Assembly (NCBI GenBank): GCA_051362555.1
Contig: CM120645.1
Location: forward strand, 19,902,001-19,966,000
Direction of reading: 5' to 3'
DNA from: Lingula anatina
Taxonomy: Eukaryota; Animalia; Brachiopoda
Length of the DNA stretch: 64,000 nt
Shown here: positions 52,432 to 64,000 of the stretch, one piece after another
Layout of the letters: each line of letters opens with the position of its first letter
How positions within the stretch are numbered: position 1 is the stretch's first letter
Program-made: the position numbers and the translations under genes
The notes under the pieces: model-generated
Databases searched by the model: none
Told to the model about the DNA's origin: nothing
What the model saw: the letters and a program-made list of their open reading frames with translations, nothing else

Positions 52432-53380
52432 GCCTAGAGCCAGTTTAACGTGATTTCTTCTTATAGGTAGGCCTACTATTCTTACCGGTGTTACTAAAGC
52501 AAGAGTGGTGTATCTTATCTTTCAAGATGATTGACTTTCCACAATAGTAGCTCATTTGCTTCTTTTTATGCCTTTACTTTTTATGTTTTTATTTATTTTG
52601 GGAGCTATTACAGGCTCTAATTGTCCAGGGTTGGATAAGGCCCACTGTACATATGAGTACTAAACATTTTAACCATCATCGTAGTATATCAAGATCAAGA
52701 TCATACTTAATTATATGCATATATATTTTACAAATCAAAGGGAATGTCTGATATGACACGAATTTTAGATTTATGTATATGCCTTTATTCAGTTTGACCA
52801 CTGACTGAATATTGTTATGCAAAAACCAAGAAACCCACTGTCACCTTCATCGGCAGATTATAGAAAACACTAGGTTGATCCATTTTGAAGCATTTTTGTA
52901 TATTTTCAATGGTCATGATAATTCATTCAAAATAATAATTATAAAGTAGAAATTTATTACAACCCACGCTTAATTCACCCCGAGTTGCAAGCTGTTTGCG
53001 GCGACTTTCCATTACATCCGCATAGGCCTGCACGTAACGCCGTGCATCGTGACTCTCTGAGTAGGTATAAGTAGATATAGGTGTTATAATCTTGCTGCGT
53101 CCTTGGACTGGGAGCCGCATGCTGGCTGTCTTGTAGGCATTATATACCTGGCAAAAACACCTTAAGAAATATATATATACATATATATAACATTAGGATG
53201 TGTAAACAATGTCAGTAAGTGCGTAATTTTGCAAGTATATACGTTGCTTTTGCTCCGTTTCCTTTTTTATTCCACAGTATTGTCTCAGTCACTCTTTATT
53301 GTGAAGAAAAATAATTACAGAAAAATAAGAAAGAAAATTGTGATTCATTGAAGAGATCATTAGTTGAAACGGAATAAATT

Positions 53381-53414
<34 letters not shown>

Positions 53415-56287
53415 ATCATAATTGACAACTGCGTGGTCGAGGGTGAAGCGTTATCACATTTCAAATGACAGGTAAAAAGCGTAGTTATGACAGTAACGAT
53501 ATCAATGACTGCTGTCTGACAACGGTGTCTGATTCAACAACAACAATGACGTCTTTAAACAAAGGTTAATGTTGCGCATATGGCAGTAATGATGAAAATC
53601 CTATACAAATCAGCAAGACCAACCTCATCAAGTATATTTTTATTTTAATTATCACTAAGGACAAAACATGTTATGAGAGAGATGACGTCTGTTATGTTGT
53701 CCTTCACTTTTTCCTAATCATAAAGTCTGCTTGTTGAAGCAGTAATAAGCGCCCTTACAGTACTGCTGTGGTCTCCTCGTTCAGACCAAACCACAAAGAA
53801 GACTCTGTCTCACGGGTAGCAAAACGTCGGTTAATCAACATGGTCGTATAATGACGTGAGTTAGTTCGGCTCCAATCCAAAATGTTCCCCGTCTGAACAG
53901 GCTTTGGTTGACAAAGATGCAGGAAGGAAAGGTTTTCGTAACATGACGAACGCTGGAAGAGACACGAATATGGTTAATAAGGAAGAGGTTTTATTTCCCA
54001 AGTTGCTTATATAAGGCACGGTATTATTTCAAGCGATTGTGCGTGCCATATTCCAAAGGCATGTTACAACATGTGCGTCCTTTATATAAAAATGTCAAGT
54101 TTTTAACCTGTGGGTTTACGCGTTCTTTACTGTAAGCAATGCAGCTATCTAACCAGTATTACATGTAAAAACAGTGTCTTTTTCTGAGTGAAAAATACGA
54201 CGGTAACGGCTGGAAAGTAATAGCACAAAACTGTTGAGTACACGAATACTTATGGAATGCTTTTTATTGCGAGTTCTCGTATACCGCCCAAGAATAATTA
54301 TGCTGTTTAAAAACTAGGTTTCACCAAGGTAAATCAATATTGTCGTATGTGTGACTTAACGTGGGCTAGAAACGATGTTCTGACGGAAATATTCTCTGAA
54401 AATATTCGCGTCTCGCGACTTGTCTTCCATAACAGTGCCAAGTTACATAAACCGGCGTTTGTCTTTTGGCTTCAGTTAAGCATTTTTGCATGATTCATTT
54501 CAAATTCGGTTTGAGGGGCAAGAAGACCAACGCAATTGTTTGCCTCAACGATTACTTCAAATGCACAATAAGTATATATTGAATGATTCTGTGACTATAT
54601 ATATTTTCCAAAATTATATATTATATGTTTACACCGAGACACATCCCTGCTGTTACTGATAAAGTAGGAAATTTCAAGTCAGTGTAGTGGTCTCTGTCCC
54701 AGTTTGGTTATTAAGTCTAGTTCACATATGCATGGTAAATTCTTAACTTTAATTGCTAAAGGTGGCAGTGGCGCTTAATTGTAACCCCCTATCGTTCTCA
54801 CTCTCTAGACCCCCCTCCACTGAGCAGTCATAACAGCGAGAAGTATGCAGAGAAATTACCAAGGAGGTATTGCAATCAAGTAAATGTTAAGTGAACTGGA
54901 GACTAAAGCAGTCTTTGTGAAAACCGACCCGATCCCCAGCTAGCAGAGGCAGCGGAGTGCGCCCAGTTCTCTGTAATGTTCGTGTTTTCTTTCCTCCGTA
55001 CCATCTTTCTCTGTTGCTACAGGGAACTTGACGCGCAGCGAAAATATCCGTGCAAAGTACAAGTATCGTAACCCCTGGCAGAAGACTCGATAAAAGACTT
55101 ATTCGCGTTTCCTTCTCAAACCTGTGATACTCCGTGACTTTACTCTTGCGTTATTAAAATAATAATAATAATCGACTCAATTTTTACATTTCATATACAA
55201 ATAAACCATACAGTAAAATATTAAAAAGCATATCCGCATTAATTAAAATGATTATATAGCAAAGTATACAATACAATACATACATACATACATCAAGGTG
55301 ATACAGACTGTACAAGCACGCTGTGAATTCTTGTTTGTGGTATTTATATAATATGTTTATACGTGTTTACACGTGTTTATATAACATATTCAGCAGAACT
55401 GAAGCGACTTCATATCACATATTCGTCTTGTACGTGCAGTGCACATGCATTTTTGCGTAGACGGGTTCTTATTTACGGAACGCGTGTGCGGGTGCGTACG
55501 TGCATCGGTACCATAAAGACATGACCTAAGATGAAGCCGTCGTGTTGGGAATCCTTATATGTTGTTTTATGTCCGTTGTTGTTTATACCATTTCCTACTG
55601 TTTTTTTTTAACCTCAGTTCCTTGGCTGATTGACAGAGAACTCAAAGCTCCCGAAAGACAGGGCCTGGCAAAACGCGTTCACGTCTGTCAAAAACCTCTT
55701 TTCTTTCATCCAGGTGATTTATCCACAAAAGACCCAAACTTTACTGGCTGATTTGTGAGGACAAGTCAGAGGCAGAGAAACAAATTCGATTTCCAGATAC
55801 TTCGTAGTTTATTTTTCAATAATAATTTCATGTGAAATATGTTGTCGCAAGCAATGTCTAAGGTGAATGATACAGACATTGCGTCATTTAATTTCATACC
55901 ATTTCCCGGAATCAGCAATGGTATGATTAAACACGGTTTCTAATAGGTATAGGGATAGACTCTGCACGACGTCTAATTACTCTGAGGGCTTCGATGAAGA
56001 TTTGCCTACAGGGTAGACGGAATTAAGTATTATCACATATTTCAGCATTCCGTGATCTTCCATAAATTGTTTTCGTGAAGAGTTATTTCACTGGCAATGC
56101 TTGATGTTAATCATGAATGAGGAGGGTGGGGGGTGGGGGGGGGGGGTGCCCTCCCCCTTCCGTAAAGAAAATGCTGCAAGGCTTTGGGACATTTTTCAGT
56201 TATAAGTAACATGCAAAGAGAAATGGATTTCTGTGTCTTTTCTAAAAGAGCGGATAGTGGTTGAATTTGCCACCTTGTTATCCTGTC

Positions 56288-56336
<49 letters not shown>

Positions 56337-56710
56337 CAGTCTAATCATTAACTATGTCCTTTATATTAGATCATTTATCAGAGGTACTAATTTAAATGAT
56401 TCTAGAAACCAAACATTTTGCTGCGCATTTAACAGATAACGAACAACACGGTTCTGTACATTATACGCAGCAGATAAGGTAGCATTTATTTTAAGATGCC
56501 CTCAATATATTCCCGCAACTACGCAAATAGATAAACGTGGTTTTTAACCGAAGCGGGTTAAAGTCACATTACTATTTCATTAGAAGAATTGCAATGTTAA
56601 ACACATTTTCTAGTACTTGGAAACAACAAGTACAGTAATCCGAGTCCTCAGGTCCTAAATTCTAACTGTAGAATGTCTCTGAGATACTATATATGAAAAA
56701 TAACGTATTG

Positions 56711-56877
56711 CAGGGGCGGATCCAGAGATATTTTCTGACAGTCTTCCAAATTATCTTTGTTGATCCATGTTCCATTTTGACCGTCTTCCGACAGAAAACA
56801 TTAGATGGCTGACAATGTAAACTTGAAAATCTGACCGTCTTCCAGAAGACCCAGAAGACGGCCTAAATCCGCCCCTG
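56711..56877 (+). mobile_element. MITE family A copy, TSD TATTG
   Basis: Perfect CAGGGGCGGAT/ATCCGCCCCTG ends; TATTG on both sides. Confidence 0.9.
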
Positions 56878-58553
56878 TATTGGGACCCGTTTAGTACATC
56901 GTCATTGTGAGTTGCATCACCGGGTTTTTCCAGGGGTTTTTCCCATATAGTTACTATAAGTTCTTATGACACAGCACAGTACTATAGGGGCTTTTTCAGC
57001 CTAAGAAAAACCGGCATCGCACTTTCAGATGGAAATCCCACCTGGTAATTTAATACCGTCATCTTATCTTTGATAATTTGTCACCAAGCACGAATGGAAC
57101 TGCACTACATGTATATCTACCTATACGATATCAAAAACTTCTCTCCCCTTCTGGCTTAAACAGAAGTTGCGCAATACTTATCACGTAAAAGTCCCATCTA
57201 TATTTAAGGTGTGCTGTAAACCCTGGACTCTGAGCCCTGGATTGGACTGGAGTTTAACCTTGCTTCCAAAAAGTTCATTATTCTTTTCATTCACCGCCAT
57301 ACGAAGACAAAGCATACTGAACGTTTGACTGAAACTGCAGTGGGGGATTTTTCACGGGTTTTGCAAGTCGGATCTGCGTCTGTGCTACCCTCGGCGAACT
57401 GCCCGTATTGTTTTCAAAGCCGCTTTTAATATGAAGCTCACCTGTTTAAATGGTATACCCTCTTGTGCAGGGCGCATGAATTCACAACAAAACCGAGATA
57501 TAAAGAGATATGAATAAAATGTGTTAAATAAAGGCGTGAGACTCAGAGCCCATACCTTATTACTGTCAGAATGATGTAAATTAAAAACCAGTATAAAAGC
57601 TGAATATGGTATATTGAGAATAAAGTGTTTTTTGTCTTTTCATTCTTCCTTATTTTTTTCTTATTGCTCTCTTTCTTTCTTTTTTTTCCTTATTTTTTCA
57701 GGACATGTCTAAAGCCAACGGGCTGGGATCATCAACGCTGTTGTTACACAGGAAAAGTTTCAAAACCACGTTGGTACGTGCGAGCTCGGACAGAGAGGCT
57801 GCAGCCGCAACGTAGACCCCGGCCAAGGTTTTCTTTGCTTGAAACTTGTCATCGCGAAACAACTCGCTGCGTGCAGCGGAAAATAATCCGCTACCGCAAG
57901 CCGTTCCCCTGCTTTGTCCCCCGTCCCAGAATTATCGCGTGGGTCGAAACCCGCGGTGTTCCCTTGACATTCTGACAAAAGAGTGATGGGCTCAAAAGGG
58001 AAGTGAAACTAAAAATCGTGACCCGCCAGCTTACCCTGTAGGCGTAAGAGGGATTTGTTATTGTTTTGATGGAGCATCTGGGGGTCCGGTTCAAAGAAAG
58101 CTGGCTGAATTATGGAGCGGTGAACGAGTGAAATGTACCGTAAACAGAATGATTCATATTCATCAGTTACTTGATGGAGCATCTCAAAATGTCACCGATG
58201 CGACTGAAGTTAGGTTGGGGATGGGAATGTTTTTATTTTGGGTTTAAAAATGTTTTGTTTTTTGTAGTTAGAGCAGAGCCAAAATTGAAAATGTGTAAAT
58301 ATGTTTTAGAATAAACTGATGAAAAATATTGATCTAGTCTTTTATCCAAAAAGACCAATTTAGTCCCCCCACTAAAACATATGCATGCATATGATAATAC
58401 TTACAAGGGAGACTTGCGTTTAACCTTCAGTTGGAGTGACACATGCAAACCAATTATGCAATATATTTGCCATCTTTATCCAAAACCAAAATTGCGTGTA
58501 TGGCTATGATATCTATTAAAATAATCACGTACGACTGTGCCAAGACGCCCGGC

Positions 58554-58641
<88 letters not shown>

Positions 58642-58663
58642 GATGTTTTCACCTGACGTGTTA

Positions 58664-58890
58664 GGGTGCTTTCCCAGAGATTTAGATCGATCTAAAGATT
58701 AAGTTTTAGATCGACCTAACTCCCTGGGGGTTCACGCTAAATTGCAGTCAACCGAGCGGGCACCATAGTTAATTACCCCCTTACAGCTTTTAGTAGGCGG
58801 GACAGACGCTTAAGCCGGCCAAGCTGACAGTAATCTAGTGAGACTCCCCACAGGGATAGATCGATCTAAAAATCTATGGAAATGGGGTGT
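58664..58890. mobile_element. ~225-bp MITE with TTTAGATCGATCT subterminal inverted repeats
   Basis: TTCCCAGAGATTTAGATCGATCT vs AGATCGATCTAAAAATCTATGGAA; the right 82 bp recur identically at 63299-63380. Confidence 0.7.
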
Positions 58891-59698
58891 TAGTGAAGTT
58901 ATAAAAGTGATACACATTAACTGAGAATGAAGTTTGGGAAATTGCAGCGCACGGTACGTTGTCTATTTGGTTATATGTACAACCACTAGCACTGGCTCAT
59001 TACACTACGAGAAACACGTACTCGATCCCCTCTATACAATCTATATGTAAGATCAGACATATTTAAGACAGGAAAAGACATCAATCACATAAAAAAAACC
59101 CAACCGGTGCAATGAAAATTACATTGTTTACAGTTTCAAATCCCATCATATGTCCATAAGCCACAAGATGCCAAGCCGATACATTTCATACATACATGCG
59201 TAGTAGATTATAATGGAAATAACAATAATAATATAAAGATGTAAATTTGACCCGGTCCCCGCTTCACGGGCAAAGCGCAAAGAGAAAGGTCGGAATGAAA
59301 ATATGGGATCGGCTCCTAACCACACCGACACATATATAGAAGTATGAATGAGAAACCATTGCATGGTGCTACTGAAAGGAAACCCCCTTCCTGCTGAATG
59401 TAAACATTATCGCTGATCATAACAAAAATATTAGATGACTTAGCCTATGTGGTCAGAATAATGTGAACTTTCTATGATGTTTAACAAATTGAAGGACGGC
59501 TTGAGCGTTGAGGAGAGTCAGCTTGGTTGTTGGGTTAAATATATACAGTTCAAACATACAGCCATCTTTATGTACATCTTTAAGTGAAGAAGAAAATAAA
59601 AGATCTACATTTACATTGCAATTATTTTTACCAAAATGAAATGATAAATGTTACTTAATTCTCGCTGAAGATATATTCTACACTAAACGCGGATCATT

Positions 59699-59732
<34 letters not shown>

Positions 59733-60098
59733 ACGTTGGCCCAGTAACTGCAACCAAGGTTCCCAAATCTCACCCTGAGCATCGGCGGGCTGGCGTGACT
59801 CCGACAGCCAACTCATGCCGTGAACGTCACGTATCCCTAGGAGTTTATTTGTTCACCATTTTTTCAAATCCCTGAAAAAAGGCCTGGTTGCCGAAAGCTT
59901 GAATAGGATATTACATCTTTTTAGTAGATCTTCATAGATCCATCATTATGATAACTTATTTACGTCTTGAATGTCTAACGTCTACATAGATCACCCTGAG
60001 TAACAGAGCTGCCAGGTTGAAATAACGGCAAGGGCAAGTTGTTGCCCTGGTGAGTTTCCAGTGACCCATTGAAACTCAGGGTGTCAGTGGAAGGCAAA

Positions 60099-62566
60099 TT
60101 AAAGGGTTTGCTTCATGCCGTCAGAATGGCCTGAACGGAACATATTCTTCAGAAAACATGCCCAACTAACGATATCTTTATCCAAATACACAAATTAAAA
60201 GCTCATTTTGTAAATTTTTGGCTTTAAAAAACGTCCTATTTGCTCGGCCTGGGAGTTAATGAGCTACGTGGTCACGTGGTCCAATGACGACAATCGAGCC
60301 ACTGGAGAACAGAGCGTGCTTAGCTGTCAAACTGAGCTGCATTGTCTACCTGTAAGATGACTTCTCTGGCTTCTGATAAAAGTTTATACTCATTCAAATC
60401 TCTTACCCGAGGGGTCTAAATCCTCGTGAAGCTGTGTAAAACCATTTCCCGTCTAGTCATTTCTTTAACAAGCATTTCATTATGGTTATCCCAAGTTGTA
60501 TAAAACACTGCATTTGAATGAGTTAAGGGAAATGTTGATTATTGCATATGAGGTCCATGTTATTTGTGAAATTCAATTTATTTTATTAAACCGCTGACAC
60601 TCCGTCTTGCATACTTTTATTAAACTGAGGTAAACAATGCCCGTTACCTTTACAAGTCCTATCTTAATCATCCATCTACCTGGAACTTCCTTTACCTCTT
60701 AATTAGAGGGTTAAATGGCATTCAATTTGTCTTGCTTGTATCGAACGCACTCTCTATCTAAGCTTTTCTCCAGTTATCTCAGGTAAAAATCTACCTGTGC
60801 GTTAGTTACAAAGCGCAGCTCCCGTAGACCTGGGGGTACTAGATAAAATCTGAACACCAGGTTTATCGAGGAGCTAGAGAAAGAAAGGAAGAATTTTTCC
60901 TGCAAAACTTCATAGGAATGTTAACACGGACTTGATCCAGCTTAGACCTCCAAACTAACAGGGTGACATGGGCAATTTTCACAAACAAATCATAAAACTA
61001 TATTTCAGTTAACCGCCTTTAAAATAAATATACCGTTCTGGGTAAATTAAAATAGTTATTAAATCGCAAGAATATTTTTGACTTAAATGATGATTTTATT
61101 ATTATTGGAAATTAAGCTACTATATGAGGTACATTTGCTGTGATTACGCTGTCCTTCATGTTTTGCGTAAGTCTACATTTTGCTGTATGTGCTTGTAATC
61201 TTTTTAAATATGTGCGTACAATTTTTGCAGGTCTGGTTACCCCCCTGTTATGTGATGAGAGTATTAATTTGGCAATTAGTTCCTTAGCTTATTTGAATAG
61301 AATTGCAGTGTAAAATTTTTAACAAGATGTTGGCGAAATAGCCCATTACTCTTTGTAGGTATTTCCCCCGTCAAAGTTTGTCTAAAATTATCTTTCAATC
61401 TTTCCTCTTTCAAAGACAGTATAAAGTTACCTGACATATTTTCGTGTAAACTTAATGACAAGCCAAGTGTCTCCAGTTCATTCCGTACTCAATTTTACCC
61501 AAGCAAATTTTTTTCTTGAGTAGATCTTTATAGCACGTTGTTATAAGCTTACAAATTTGCAAAAAAAAAAATTGCGTACTGACGCAGAATTTGCGTTTCA
61601 AGTTATAAAATAATCAATCTTTTAAATTCTTTAATATTTCAGATGAAATAATCTTCAGAAACAAATCCTCAAAGCATAAACGAATTAGGATAACGAACCA
61701 TTTTATTATAGCAGTTCCCATTTTTTCTTTAATATAACGCTCTTTTTCCTGTTTTTCCTCAACACGTTTTCTTCCACGGAAGCTTCAAGATACCCTGAGA
61801 GCAATTTCTTTTATTAATGTTCGCGACCGTGTTTGAACTTAATTGTTTAAGTATTGATATTTAACGTCATTTACAAATACCAATAAAATAACCCCATGAA
61901 ATAAATGAGATATATTGAAAAATATGAAAGCCCACCAAGACGAGTTTCATACCTGTTATTACCTGGCTTGGGAATTGCAGCGGTGCATAATTAACAGGTT
62001 TGTTGTAAACGAGCTTTTGGTCAACTACAATGCATTTAAAATGCATCAGCAATCAGTAAGTTTGCCAACTGATGACAGTTAATCTGAAAGACTACCAGCT
62101 CTTGATATGATCTAAACCACCTGAGGTGACCATGATCTAGAGCATCGCAACTATTGTCACCGAAGTTAGTAAGTAAGTCACGGAAGACCGTCACAGACAA
62201 AGAAAGATTGTCAACGAGAGCTGCAATTTTGGTGAATCCCACGGCAACACACCGAGGCATAACGAAAATTCCTCAACTCCGTTCAACACAACTTTCCTTA
62301 ACTTCTCCGTCTGTATGCACCTGCAGCTCAGTTGAGTCTCATAGACCTTTATCGTGATTGTCGTCACAGTACCACGTGACCCAGATCTGTTGCTTCATTT
62401 TTGCATATTGAGGTGAGGTTTACTAAAACGCTTTTTTTCTACTAATAGATTGTTTTTATAATTTTTAAATGGCGGGGATCGATTAAAACATACCTCTAGT
62501 GTATAGATTGAGTGCTGTATCTTCAAAATTCGAGAAATGGATTTTTACATGAACATTGTCCTTTAA
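60099..62566. mobile_element. Putative degenerate TTAA-flanked (Kolobok-like) element, ~2.5 kb
   Basis: Ends TTAAAGG-N6-TTCATG on both sides. Symmetric inner inverted motifs at 60270-60295/62356-62381 (23/26) and 60330-60341/62322-62333 (12/12). Inward ORF starting MPRCVAVG resembles a THAP N-terminus. Confidence 0.4.
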
Positions 62567-63044
62567 CGTTTGGTGATATCACACAACACGCAGGGTGATG
62601 TTAGGCAAAATTTTAGTGCAACCTAATTGCATCTCGTATTTAATGATATTCCAAAATTGATATGTCCATCAATAGAACAAAAGGATATCAAAACTATTAT
62701 TAAAGTACATGTAGTATGTCTAGGAGTTCGTTTAATTTCAGCACGGACACACAGCAACAAAGGAAAACAATACCGTCTTACAGACAAAGCGAAAACATAA
62801 TAACCTTTCACGAACAAGACTTACAAAATATCAAGTATTACAATAACAAAGAGTCACATCCACTGGGGTTCTTATTTTTTTCTTTATGCAAAAAGTGCTA
62901 AAACATCTTTTTGGTGCCAAGCAAAGAATAATAATATGTTTTTCTTGTCCAAACATATTTTTGTTCTCTGAACTTGGAGACTTTAAAGTCATTTTTAAAA
63001 CAATTCCCGTTACTTACAGGAATACATATCATGACAATAGTGGT

Positions 63045-63380
63045 CAGTGGTGGGTTTAGGGGGGTGTCAGGGGGGTCCTGAACCCCCCCCCCCTTCGATT
63101 TCTGAAAAAAATGACACCAATGGTCCCCTCCTGAAGTTAGAATTTTGACTAGCTGAATCATAGTTCTAAACTAAATGGCACCGTTCGCCCTCTAAATTAC
63201 CAAAAACTTACGGGGCCCTTCATCTTCAACCGAACCCCACGTCAAGGGAGAGGGGGGGGGGGGGGGGGGGAAGGTCGGCTTTGCATCCGCGGACCCCACT
63301 TAAGCCGGCCAAGCTGACAGTAATCTAGTGAGACTCCCCACAGGGATAGATCGATCTAAAAATCTATGGAAATGGGGTGT
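63045..63380 (+). mobile_element. Chimeric MITE remnant: G-rich CAGTGG-type left half fused to the right end of the 58.7-kb element
   Basis: CAGTGGTGGGTTTAGGGGGGTG..GAACCCCCC start; 63299-63380 identical to 58809-58890. Confidence 0.6.
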
Positions 63381-64000
63381 AACAGACACATTTCTCTACG
63401 CACTGCATATCACTGTATTTAATAAATAAAAAACCAATTATATAAAATTAATACAAGAATACGAAAGAAAAGAACGCGAAAAGATTATTTTGACACTAGT
63501 GGACCCTGAATATTACGAAAAGGATTATATATATAAGGTCAAATTTCAAATACCTAGAAAAATTACAACTTCTTTGCGTTGTTTCATCAGCGCCCTTCGA
63601 AACTATTGTTCCTGACACAAAATATGCACATTTTACTGGTGCTGGCTTTCAAAAATAACAATAGCTGACTAGCTTTTGCAGTCTGAGTTGCATTGTGGTT
63701 CCATCGTTTAATGATATGGGAATTTGCTGAATTTGGCTGTTACTCTGTCTCTAGTGTATTTAGAACTTCATTTTGTTGGATGGTCATATTGGAAGTAGGC
63801 GGTGACACAGTCTGTTCTGGGGTATTTTTTTTATTCAAAAAGATATCATTATCTTCGTCTGCAGTGAAGGTTTCCCATCCCCTTGTTCAAATGGCTGTCA
63901 TCACACTTGACGGAGAATTACTCAGCGAGGTGACGTGATGACTTTAAAAGAAGATCTTGCACGAAAACCCCGTCCTTCCTAGGCAGTTTTCTTTCAAAGA

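Noticed and set aside
54012-58045. Seed-like matches to miR-124 (TAAGGCACG, ~54012) and miR-10 (TACCCTGTAG, ~58033)
   Set aside because: Sequences diverge from the mature miRNAs after 9-10 nt, with no hairpin seen.
398-63938. Remaining short ORFs in the six-frame track
   Set aside because: Mostly non-ATG starts, microsatellite-derived low complexity, or read-through extensions or antisense shadows of STRIP/BTG exons.
63600-64000. Possible terminal exon of a minus-strand gene entering from the right edge (..FERKLPRKDGVFVQDLLLKSSRHLAE*)
   Set aside because: Only 26 codons visible, no recognisable homology.

Overview
AT-rich, intron-rich animal genomic DNA. It looks invertebrate (possibly lophotrochozoan), but the species cannot be determined from the sequence. 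Most entries in the ORF track are spurious. Three genes are supported. (1) The 5' part of an AHCYL1/IRBIT-family gene on the minus strand: ATG at 26053, a ~20-kb first intron, the Ser-rich IRBIT exon at 4076-3974, and the rest running off the left edge. (2) A complete 20-exon STRIP1/FAM40 gene on the plus strand (26272-37003, 805 aa), head-to-head with the AHCYL gene with only 218 bp between the ATGs. (3) An intronless BTG1/2-like gene (47248-47889) with a promoter rich in CArG, CRE, FOX and kB motifs, lying in a CpG-richer, gene-poor region. Non-autonomous DNA transposons are abundant; three unrelated families share CAGG...CCTG ends and 5-bp target duplications. The most unusual structures are two independent STRIP intronic minisatellites made by tandem amplification of the exon/5'-splice-site junction itself. 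No rRNA, tRNA, CRISPR or prokaryotic features were seen. I found no clearly new multi-gene system; the best leads are listed as findings.
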